Assembly (NCBI GenBank): GCA_013239625.1
Contig: MU053881.1
Coordinates: forward strand, 4,857,957 to 4,921,956
Reading direction: 5' to 3'
Length of the DNA: 64,000 nt
Origin: Lama guanicoe
Lineage: Eukaryota
Shown here one piece after another: positions 25,601 through 36,749 of the stretch; positions within the stretch are counted from its first letter, which is position 1; every line of letters begins with the position of its first letter. A model generated the notes under the pieces. That model was not told where the DNA came from and ran no database searches. It saw only the letters and a list, made by a program, of their open reading frames with translations. A program made the translations under genes and the position numbers.

Positions 25601-28194
25601 TCAACTATTTAAAAGCTTTTAACTATTTAACTTAAGTAGTACATATAAAACACTGAAATGCAAGGATATGGAATCTACTAAACAGATTCAAAGTCTTTTT
25701 TTGAAATGCAAGACCAAAAAATCAAATTCTGGTTTGCAGACAGGAAAAAGGTATCAAAAACCAGAATTCCTAACAGAGCAGCTAGAAAGGGGCAATTTTA
25801 TAAACCTCATCAGCTGAATCTCTTATCATAAAGTGATTTTCACCTGATTGCAAAACTGCCATATTTGGGATCATGTTTCAATTTCCCAGACATACTCTGT
25901 CAAAACTTCATATACTTCCAAGTTACAAACCTGTGCTTTGCCTTCTCCCACCTAAAAAGGAAAACCTTTAAACAGTCAACTTACATTCTATTAAACTGCT
26001 GGATCTGAGCTTATAACATCTGTTTAGTGTGAGTGCACTAACCAGGTACTTCTCCACCGAGCACGCAGGGAAATCCTGTGCATCACAGTTCAGCTAAGGT
26101 GTTAAGACAATCCTTCTCGGAGTTTCTTTTTCATAATGTCAAAGAAGCACGAAAGCAACACTGCTCAGTTGTTACTGTGTGTTTTAGCATCAAACCTTTA
26201 AAAGCTACAGCTTCATGTGCTATCACTTATAAATGGGCAAGGGTGATAGGGAGGGAGAAGGAAAAAAAAAAGGAAATACACTGTATAGACAGAATGTAAT
26301 TACAAATAAATTCTCCAAGGGATAATGGAGAAACAGTTGGAGAAATAGATACTTTCCCAGCAGCTAGCTCTGGAATATTTGGTATTTTTCTGGCTAAATA
26401 GGATTTTTTTTTAAGTATAATTTTTAAGCCACCGGTTTTCAGAGTTCAAAACACAAGATTTGAAAATAAAACAGTAAGAGAGACAGGATGGAAATATCTG
26501 TAGGGAAGGTTTATAATGCTGCCTTGACATAAGAAATTTCTCATCAAGAGGTAAAGCTTTAACACAGTTAAAACACTGACTAATGAAGCTGTTTTATGTG
26601 AGCAAAAAAGAGCACCTAAAAACTAAATGTGTTAATATTTCTCAGTTCTAGAAACTATAGAAGAGGAATAAGTCACATGTTAAGTTTGAAGAAGCTAGTT
26701 TGAAAATACCTGTACAAAAATATAAAAATCTATAAATTGTTTTTGTTTTTGTTTTAAGCTTGTGTTGATCTTTGAAAATATTACATGCACAATAATACAT
26801 CAATTGGAAAAGTGGCAACTAAAGAATTAGATATTTTTAGCTTTTTTCTTTCTTTACATATATATACATAATACAATAAAAATAATCTGTATTTTGGTTG
26901 TTTGGTGGAATTATACTACAATAAGCTAAATAAACTTTTTAATTTTCAAGGTCAAAAACTATTTTACCAATAGCTTACTAAAATGAAATATATTAAAATT
27001 TCCTACAATAAGTGCAGAAATAAAAAGACTTACAGACACCTAAATGGTCACCAACTTATCTACTATGGAAGCGAACTAGAGGAACAGCAAAATAATATTT
27101 GTATGTGTGGATGCTCCTTCTGTAGATAATTGGACCCAAACAGAAATAAAATTCACAGTTCAGTAAGATCCCTAACCCTGACCTTTTCGTTTTTCTTTTT
27201 TTTTTCTCCTTTTTTTTTTTCATACATTCATACAGTATCATGTAAGCTGTGCAAAACTTTACTTAGACTGGCAGTTTGCCATATCAGTTGCATTTGTCTT
27301 TGGTACAAAAAATAAAACAATCGCAATAATGTGCAAGTATTTGTCTTCTTCCGGTCAAGTACCGAAATATGAGTTTTCTAGAGCCATCTTTTTTTTGTTT
27401 TTTTTGTTTTGTTTTTTATACAATACACAGACTCTGTGGCATATATCTACATTTCAACATAGTCCTATATACATTCAAAAAATTTGAAAAAGAGTTGGAA
27501 CAAAAAAACATTTAAACCCCATAATTTTCCATCTATATATCTTGTTTTTCCTCATTAGGATTTTCATCATACAAAATATTACCAGTTTTATAGTTTCCCC
27601 AAAATACAAGGCACAAAGAATATGCTTTTTTTTTCTTACTTGCACAGACATTATATATATTTATATATATATTTATATAGACCATATTGAGCTCGGAAAA
27701 TGAACATCTAATATGGCACATGGGCATGAGTGCTGGGTTGTGCCATGTACAAGTGAGATTAATGGTTGTGGAAAATTAGAACAAAAAGCAGTAATTCTAA
27801 AAACAATCTAAATTGAATGTTTAAAAAAATGCTTCCTCAATTTTTTTGTGTGATTCAGAGCATAAACCTGCCACAATATTTGGCATTTACTATGATCTTC
27901 GCTCTTCCAAAATGCTTTGCTCTAACGGACTCTGCAATCTGTATCTAAACATCTCCTAATGTGTGAGTTTCAATTCTGATACCAGTAGCAGTTTTAACCA
28001 TGGTTTATGCTCTGAAAATGTAATAATCAAGTATTTTGGATCATGCTTCACTTATGCTACTTAGTTCTTAAAACAATGTAACCTAATTGTAAATGTTTAC
28101 ATAATGCTAAGCTGACATGCAAAACAGAATGAAAATTTACAATGAATAACATGACAAACACAGACATTTCTGACCAGTGGTCCAATGAGGCTGA
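22620..28194 (-). other. CREBRF: CREBRF long 3'UTR (~5.6 kb)
   Basis: AT-rich sequence with no obvious repeats after the stop codon; candidate distal AATAAA at 22644-22639 and another at 24196-24191. Confidence 0.7.
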
Positions 28195-28310
28195 CTACAC
28201 TTTTGATGTTGGTATCCTTAGTCCTACAAGGCCTCCAGTGGGATTGCCTTCTGCCGTCTTCTCCAACACTTGGTTAACAAATTCTGAGGTTTGCCCAGCA
28301 ACTGGGAGAC
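28195..28310 (-). CDS. CREBRF: CREBRF last coding exon, (G)LPVAGQTSEFVNQVLEKTAEGNPTGGLVGLRIPTSKV*
   Basis: CTTAG acceptor, TAG stop at 28197-28195; exons sum to 1920 nt = 639 aa plus stop. Confidence 0.96.
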
Positions 28311-28879
28311 CTAAGAAAAGAATAAAAGGCACACTTAGACACATATGAAGGTGAGGGTCAGGGGGAACCCTCTCTCAGGACTGGTCCCAGATGAGTGCTT
28401 GGCTGCTTGCTACTGAGCCCAGAAAATAATTCTACCCACTGAGTTAGGGCCTACAATTTTAAGATTAGAAGGGTTAAACCAAGGATAACCATGAAGAATG
28501 GTTAATCAACATTTTACAGCAGGGTAGAGACAAGTAATAATAGTCCAAACCCAAGCCCCAGGCCTGCCGACAGGGACTGGTCCCTAAGCCCACTACGCAT
28601 GTATTCCCCTGTTCTCTCAGCGAGTGTCTTCCAGCCGCTCCAACCTCACTGCATCTCATGGACGGGCTTCACCCACATGACTGAAAACATAGATCTGAAG
28701 GATGTTTTCAGTCACTTTCATAGTGATTGGATAAATTTTATGTCCCCTTTTCCTTATTTTAAAGAAGAGTGAATGAATCAGCCAAGTTGGAAGAGAAGAG
28801 GAAGGAAAGGTGGGAGACACTGCAGGTATGTTGGGTTTTTTCCATCTTCCTTATCTTCTACAGCTGAGGTCAAAAATAT

Positions 28880-29670
28880 TTGATTTATTGATTTTAAGTA
28901 ACACAGGTATAAGTGTTCCAAAAGTAATAAAAATAGTAAGTGATTAAAAGGATATGGAAGCAGAAAAATACTATTTAGTCATTGCTCATAAGAAGCCAAA
29001 AGATACTGTAAAAAATAGAGAACTGATACCACCTCAACCCTGTAGTCAAATTCTGTGTGACAGTAATGGGACAAACTGATAATAGATGCTTCTTAATCGA
29101 TGGAATGAGAAGGATATATAACCTGCAATGTATTTTTGCCAAGAAAATGTAACTGCATCAAATCACGAGGAAACAAATATAGATAGTGGGGCATTTTACA
29201 AGGTCAACTACCTGGATTTTTTCACGGGAAAAAACAGGCTGGGAGACTCATCTAGATTAAAGGAGACAGAAAAAAAAAAAAAGACAACTAAATGTAATGC
29301 ATGATCCTTAACTGGATCAAAAACAAAAAGGTTATAAAGGACATTACTGAGACAACTGGGGAAATTCAAATATGGACTCCACATAGGTATTGTATCAATG
29401 TGAAGCAGGAAGTGATATGAGTCTTATGTCTAAGTAAGAAAATGTCCCGTTCTTGAGAAATCCACGCTGAAGCAGTAGTTAGGGAGGAAGAGTCACATGT
29501 TTACAAGTTACCTTCAAATATTTAGGGGAAAAATGTAGACAGAGGCAGAAATAAAGCAAATGCAGCAAAATATTAACAACCGGTGAATCTAGGTGAATGA
29601 TACACAGATGTTCATTGTACTGTTTCTTTCTACTTTTCTTGTAGGATTGATATCGTAAATGAAGAGTTGA
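28880..29670 (+). mobile_element. Old L1 3'UTR fragments (L1MC/ME-like)
   Basis: AAAGGACATTACTGAGACAACTGGGGAAATT and GAATCTAGGTGAATGATACACAGATGTTCATTGTACT motifs. Confidence 0.6.
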
Positions 29671-29895
29671 GGGAAAAAATTAAGTATACATGTTATGTTA
29701 CAGTTAAAGAGTGAACCTGCAAGACAAAAATGCAGGGCCTGCAAATTATCAGGGACACATACAAAAATGAAACTGTAATAATGGATCACACAGGGAATGA
29801 CATAAAAAGGCAAGAAAGCCATGTGAACAAACCCTAACAGATCTTCTGATGACAGAACTAAAACCCAACATACATCAATAAATAAAAATGAGCTA

Positions 29896-31254
29896 CTTGA
29901 GGAGTGTGGCCTTAGTGGGGGTGTGGTCTCTTGGCAGCGAGTGGACTGTTCTGAGTGGGTGGGTCCATAATGGGGCGGGTCCAGACGTGGAAATGTTAGC
30001 CCTCTCCCTTCTGCCCGGTAGCATGAGGCATCGTACTCTAGCCTCCGTCCCTGCCCTGTGGGCCTCCATCCCCGTCCACGCTCTGAGCTGCACCTGGACC
30101 TGATTCTGGCTTCTGGACAGTCTTTCCCGTAGATGGAGCAAAGCCCTGCGCACGGGAGTGGCGTGCTGGCGGACCAGGTATGGACACTGCCTCAGACTGA
30201 GGAACAGCTCTACTGCACTGTGTACCGAGGGGACAAGGGCCAGGTTGGCAAACCCACACCAGAAGAGCTAAAGGCCATGCGACAGTACTTCCAGCTGGTT
30301 GTCAGCCTGGCTCAACTGTATCACCATTGGAGTTCCATGGACCCCCACTTTCAAGAGGTGGCTCAGAAATTCCAAGGTGTGAGACTCATGCAACAGGACC
30401 CCATCGAATGCCTTTTCTCCTTCATCTGTTTCTCCTACAACAACATTGCCCGCATCACTGGCACGGTGGAGCGGCTCTGCCAGGCCTTCGGACCTCGGCT
30501 CATCCAGCTTGATGTCGTCACCTACTGTGGCTTCCCCAGGCTGCAGGTCCTGGCTGGGCTGGAAGTGGAAGCTCAGCTCAGAAAGTTGGGCCTGGGGTAC
30601 CGTGCCCGTTATGTGAGTGCCAGTGCCCAAGCCATCCCGGAAGAATGGGGCGGACTTCCCTGGCTGCAGCAGCTGTGCAAGGCCCCTTACAAGGAGGCCC
30701 ACAAGGCCCTCTGCACCCTGACAGGGGTAGGCACCAAGGTGGCCGACTGCATCTGCTTGATGGCCCTAGACAAGCCCCAGGCTGTGCCTGTGGACATCCA
30801 CATGTGGCAGATCGCCCAGCGTGACTACAGCTGGCACCCCACTACCAACCAAGCCAAGGGTCCGAGCCCCCAAGCCAACAAGGAACTGAGAAACCTTTTC
30901 CGGAGCCTGTGGGGACCTTATGCTGGCTGGGGCCAAGCAGCGCTGTTCAGTGCTGACCTGCACCAAGCCCACCGAGCTCAGGAGCCACCAGCAAAGTGCA
31001 GAAAGAGATACATGGGGCTGGAAGGCTAGGTGGGAGCACTGGACACAGGGATTCCCCAAACACCCCCCTCAATTCCCCACTTCTCTCCCCCATCTAGTCT
31101 TGTTGGAAAGGGGGCTCAGGAGTCAGGCACCCTCAAATCAAGCAGTTGGTCAACAATATAGGGTGTGGTTTGTCAGGGGAAACAGAGCTACCTGTGGTTT
31201 TAACCTCTTCTATTACAAGAAGGAACAATAAAACAGAAACATTTGTATGGAAAA
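29896..31254 (+). pseudogene. OGG1: Processed OGG1 (8-oxoguanine DNA glycosylase) retrocopy, alpha/type-1a C-terminus
   Basis: Intronless OGG1 homology from ATG 29993 to TAG 31027-31029; AATAAA 31227-31232; short A-tail; TSD AAAAATGAGCTA at 29884-29895 and 31255-31266; 1-nt deletion at ~30074 and TAG at 30130-30132. Confidence 0.93.
30133..31029 (+). CDS. Residual 298-codon ORF of the OGG1 retrocopy (equivalent to residues 48-345); translation unproven
   Basis: ORF track; HhH-GPD segment [11 protein letters not shown]...VPVDIHMW present. Confidence 0.25.
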   Translation: MEQSPAHGSGVLADQVWTLPQTEEQLYCTVYRGDKGQVGKPTPEELKAMRQYFQLVVSLAQLYHHWSSMDPHFQEVAQKFQGVRLMQQDPIECLFSFICFSYNNIARITGTVERLCQAFGPRLIQLDVVTYCGFPRLQVLAGLEVEAQLRKLGLGYRARYVSASAQAIPEEWGGLPWLQQLCKAPYKEAHKALCTLTGVGTKVADCICLMALDKPQAVPVDIHMWQIAQRDYSWHPTTNQAKGPSPQANKELRNLFRSLWGPYAGWGQAALFSADLHQAHRAQEPPAKCRKRYMGLEG

Positions 31255-31266
31255 AAAAATGAGCTA

Positions 31267-32520
31267 AATTCACCTATTAAAGAAGAACTTCTAGACTGGC
31301 TAACAAAGAAAATCCAACTATAAGTTATACATAAATATCTAAGAGTGAATTTTATGGCATGTGATTAAAATTAAATTAAAATTTTAATCTAAGATCTTTT
31401 AAAAAGAGATGTATCTAATAAAAGTAATTTAGAAAGATTGCAAATAAAAGACTAACAAGCAAAGGAATACCTAGCAAATACAAATAATAAGCTGCATTCA
31501 TGACTGTAATATCAGACAAGACCGAATTCAGGGAAAAAACTGTAAACAAAAGATGTGTGCTTCTTGATGATAAAGACTTCAATCTACAATGAAGACCTAG
31601 TCGTAAAAATCATACTCAAACATCCAGCATTCAAAAACCAAAACACAAAATATGAGAAGAAATTGAAACACATGAGTGGGGGCCTTTCTCAGTACTACAC
31701 AGAGTAAATGAACAACTCTTACAAAAATCAAAAGGAAAAGAAGATTTAATTAAGATTAGCAAATTAACATATATTGGAGTTTTAATATAAAACAGAAAAT
31801 ATATCTTCTTTACAAATGCCCACAAGGTATTTAAAATTATAATCATATAATAGGTAGCTAAAAAAATCTCAATAAATCACAAAAGAACATAATAATAAAA
31901 CCAGAAGATAATATTCCCTGTCTTCTGGAAAATTTTAAATCTCTCTCAAAAATTCCTTGGGTCAAAGAGTAAATCAAACCTAAAATTTCGAAGTATTCAG
32001 AAAACAATTAAAATATGATTCATCGGAATCTGTGAGATACAACTAAGCAGTGCTTGGAAGAAATGTCAAAGATTTTTAATTATATTAGTGAGTGAGAAGG
32101 AATAAAAAGAAATGAATTAAACATCTAACTGAAGAAATTAAAAGAACTGATATATTCAAGAGCTAGTTCTTTGGAGGAGAGGGAGTAGAATAACCTGAAA
32201 CCAATCATTTCAAGAAAAAAAGGTGAACATGATAGATATAAAAAAAGAAATGAAAAATGTAGCGCTAACCACCGATACAAAGGAAATTAAGAAACAAAGA
32301 TTGTTTTGCTCAATTTTAATAAATCTGACAGCCTGGAGGAAGTGGGTAGTCTTCTGCGATATACAAATTATCAAAACTGATTCCAGAAGAACTTGTAATC
32401 TGACAGACAAATTATCATAGAGGACATAAAGAAAGTTTTCAAAGAGTGAATCACAAAACCACACTGGGCCAGACAGTTTCAAAAGAGTATTCTACAACCT
32501 TTCAGGAAAAGGAGCTCCAA
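31267..32520 (+). mobile_element. Old L1 ORF2 5' portion (endonuclease region), split by the OGG1 retrocopy
   Basis: AATGAGCTAAATTCACCTATTAAA...GACTGG resembles the L1 ORF2 start NGLNSPIK; A-rich degenerate ORF2 follows. Confidence 0.6.
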
Positions 32521-32538
32521 CATATTTAATCTGCTCCA

Positions 32539-32680
32539 AGGTGGGGAGGGTACAGCTCAGTGGTAGAGTACATGCTTAGCATGCATGAGGTCCTGGGTTC
32601 AATCCCCAGCACCTCCATTAAATAAATAAATAAACATAATTATCCCCCCCCCAATTTTTTTCAATAAAAATTAAAAATAA
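32539..32680 (+). mobile_element. tRNA-derived SINE (same family)
   Basis: GGGGAGGGTACAGCTCAGTGGTAGAG...GGTTCAATCCCCAG followed by an AAAT-repeat tail. Confidence 0.85.
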
Positions 32681-33809
32681 ACTGCCCCAGAGGGGAATTC
32701 TGGGAAGATAGTCATATTGCAACATGGATTTTTAATCTCCTCAACTCCTCACATAAAAACAGAGCAATCAAATAAAAAAACCATGGAAAACTTTAACAAG
32801 TGACAAGTTATCTCCATGAACCTCAAAATTCAAGAAGACAGGAATGAACTACCAAAGGCACTGAGCCGCCTGGCATTCACATTATTACTACTTGTGTGGG
32901 ACGAGTCAAAAGGAAGTAGTGGACCTGAGAACCTGGCCACCTGAAGTGGCCAGCAGGTTAATCGCTGGGAGGGACGAGAGGACAACTGGAGGGCAGCCGA
33001 GGCTGTGAGAGCCCGTCTAAACGAACAATGAGTATAAGGTGAGTGTGGGGCCCACAGTCAGATGTGAAGGGGCTGGAGCAGTCCAGCATCTGTGAACTCA
33101 GAAAACATGGCCAGCCAGGACTCCCTCGTAGGACACAGGCCAGCACTGTTGAGAATTAAAATAGAGTGGCCTAGTGACATTCAAATGCACCCAAGAAGTC
33201 CCCTCACACCTTCTGCCTTTGCACTTCGCCCTGACCCCTGATAAAGGCACCTGCCCACAGCTTCCTTTGTTCTCTCCCTGTTTCCTCCTGACCTGATGGG
33301 TTGCGCCTGCTCCCTTAGTGCTCCCCTCGTGTGGCCCCCTCGCGGCATGTGGTGACTCTGTCTCTCTAGGATGAACTTTCTTTTCCTGCTCCTCTCCTGT
33401 GTCCCCTCTTTTGGCTGGACCAGAATGACCATCTCATGAACGCATACGAGACATTTTTTTACGTTTCCTGAAAACACGGGACACTCTGTTAAGTTTGAAG
33501 TTAGAAAAACTATCTTGAAGCAAACTTTCTTTTTAAAGTTCAGAAAAACTCATTTCACATACAAATGATTAACAGAAAAGCAACAAGGTCAAAATCCCAT
33601 AAAAAAGGAGTAAGAAAAAAAGGGAATAAGAGACTCCTGCAACCAATGAGAGCATGCCTGGAAGACATGACCACAAAATGGGTGAAAACCATACCCACTG
33701 TTATTTCAAAATTAACTAAAGACATTAAGCAAATGCTTTAAGACATAAGAAACACAAATCAGAAATATAAAAATTCAGGAAAGAATTAGAAATAAAGCCC
33801 CATGTTAAT

Positions 33810-34380
33810 TATAACATTATAGTAGCCAAGACATGGAAACAACCTATATGTCCATCAATAGATGAATGGATAAAAAAATTGTGGTGTACAAACACAGACA
33901 CAGACACACACCCCACTGGAATATTATTCAGCCATAAAAAAGAATGAAATCTTGCCATCTCTGACAACATGCATGGACACGGAAGGCATGATGTTACGTG
34001 AAATACATCAGACAGAATAAGATAAATACCGTATGATGTCACTTATATGTGGAATCTAAAAATAAACAAACCAAAAACCGCACAAAAAAACAACAAAACC
34101 CCCTCAAGCTCACTGATACAGAAAACAGACTGGTGGCTGCCTGAGGCAGGAGTAGGGATTGGGCAAAATGGATGAAAGGTGGTCAAAATATACCAATTTC
34201 CAGTTATAGGATGAATAAGTCATAGAGATGTAATGTGCAGCATGGTGACTACAGTTAATAATATGGTACTGTATATCCAAAAGTAGCTAGTAGGGAGGAT
34301 CTCAAAAAACATCACAAGAAAAAATATTTTGCAACTACATATATTGATGAATGTTAGCTGGACTTGTGGTACACATCATT
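33810..34380 (+). mobile_element. L1 3' end (L1MA/MB-like)
   Basis: AGCCAAGACATGGAAACAACCTATATGTCCATCAATAGATGAATGGATAAA... motif. Confidence 0.8.
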
Positions 34381-36285
34381 TTGCTAAAAAGATCTAAAAT
34401 TACATTCAGAAAGAGCACAGAGCATACATGTGAATATCAACCTAAAATGACCAACTCCAAGACACGGTCTAGTAAAATGACTGGGATTTAAAGAAAAAAA
34501 ATCCTGTTGACATCTGGGCAAAAATGGCAAATGACATAATGGGAAAAAAATTAGGCAATTATTAGCCTTTCAATAGCAATACTTTCTGCCAGAAGAAAAA
34601 TGCAGAAACATATTTAAAATACTCCAGGCAAGAAAATGTGAGTCAAAGACTGTACCTGGTAAAACTGACAACCAGGTATATAGGGAAAAACACAAGCTTA
34701 TCAATATATAAGACCTCTAAATTAATAAAAACAGGTAGGAAGAATTTTTTCTTGTAACATTAAATCCCTCCGTCTACCTAACAAAAGAAAACTGAAAATG
34801 ATTTTAAAGAATAAGAAAGGAAACAGAAATGCTATGAAAGAAGATATAAAACACTAAAATAGTATCAATTCATTTGAAGTAAAAGTCAAGCAAATTCATC
34901 ATTACTATTCCCTGTTTTGCTTAGTATTTGGGTGTGGAATTAATCTACACGGAAGTTAAGAAGGAAGTGGTTGTTTAGGAAAATATTAGCATATTTTACA
35001 TTCAGTATGAACACAATGCTGATAAGAGAAACTAATATATAATTTCAAAGACCATGAGAAACTTACTAAATGAATGGGAGCATTCAATATGTATTTTCAA
35101 TTAAACAAAATGCAATCATTTTGGTAGCTATGAGTAGTCTCTCTGTAAAAACAGAAATAAAATATTCTCACTCACTCCACTCTATTTAGCATCTTGAGTT
35201 CTTTATTGCAGTTGCCACAATGTTATTTGTTTTTGTTTTTCTGTTTGTTGTCTTTCATTGGTTTAGATTACAAACTTGGTAAGAAGAGCAGCAACCAAGT
35301 CTCAGCGTATTAACCCTGTATCCCCCCAAAGCCTGGCACACAGTAGGCGCTGAAAAAATTTTGTGGAATGAATGAGTTTATAATAACTGGAAGTCAAAAA
35401 ATTGTCTTAACAAATTCCAAGATATTTACCATTTAAAAAAATTAAATTATAGTGTTGGCACCCTAAAATTAAAGTAAGTAACTAACTAATGATGGAAAAG
35501 TAAACTCTGCTTCTTTTAAGTTACCTAATTCAATACACAGTCAGCATCATCAGGAAAAATGAACTGGAAGAAAATGCTCAGGTAACTAAAGTTTACCACT
35601 CTACACAATGACTATGTCAGAACTGGTATTTAAGAGACAGTCCTAGAATAAATACTGTTAAACAAAGAATATATAATATAGCTGAACCAATTTCATGATG
35701 CTTCAGGGTTTTCATGGATTGTGCTATGCCGTAAAGCCCCTGGGATGCTACTGATCATGGGGTGATTTGCTCCTACGACAGCTGAGCTCCTGGGCCTCGG
35801 GGGTTCTCATGTCTTTGTGTGCATCAGCTCCCTCTATCCTCCCCGTCAGGCATCGCTCTGCCTGCCTTCAGCATGCACGCCTCGCTGTTCCTCCCCCATG
35901 TTATACAATCTGTTCAGGGATGGAAAACCAGATGATCACGTTTGTTAGAATCCTATAAATGGGTAGGAAACTCCACCGAAGGATAAACTGCAGGCTTGAC
36001 AAGCTCAGGGATCTTTATTTTCCCCACAGAAGGTTAAAGTTGCTAGAAGTTTATCTTTCCTAAGTGTTAAAACCATTCAGTGATGAAGTCTGAGTAATAA
36101 ATTGTGCTAACCAACAGGACACGTGTACAAATGCTAAATCTCAAGAGACAAAAACTACTTGTAGAGGAGAGTGACCACCATGAGAGCACTTGAGTTTTTC
36201 CTTAAAACAATTTGTATCCCTTTGAATCATGTATCTTACATTACATGTTATTATTTGTTATTAATTTATCCAATATTCTTCTTAC

Positions 36286-36408
36286 CAAGAGTATCTTTAA
36301 TGAGGATTTCAAGCTTCTGTCCCATGTTGGGTCCTCTTTCCTCTCTTGGATTCTGTACTCGGTTTACAATCTCTTGCTTGATGGAGTTGATTACAAATAA
36401 TAAATTAT
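36286..36408 (-). CDS. CREBRF: CREBRF exon 8, (D)NLLFVINSIKQEIVNRVQNPREERGPNMGQKLEILIKDTL(G)
   Basis: 123 nt, TTACAG acceptor, GTAAG donor. Confidence 0.95.
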
Positions 36409-36749
36409 CTGTAAGACAGAACAAGACACTTGGAACATGTCACTAACAGAAAAATTTACTTTTACTAGGTAATAATAGATATTCAATTAAAAGAATTTAT
36501 AATACATTCAATGTATTCAATACATTGAAGAATATGTAAGAAAACACTAAGCAGTATGGTTATAAACCTTCTCTCTTACACAAGAGACTAATTTCAAATG
36601 ATGTGCCACTTTTGATAACACGTTGTGGACACATATCAGTGTCCACTACCCTGTAAGCAATTTGCCCTACTTGTCTTCACAGTTTTAAGGCCTATGACAG
36701 TGCCTGGTATATCGAATCAGAGGGTCTTAGTAAATGTTTATTAAATAAA

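Noticed and set aside
33170..33480. GC-richer block resembling a solo LTR inside the L1 remnants
   Set aside because: Composition is suggestive, but I could not assign a family, termini or TSD, so it is left unannotated.
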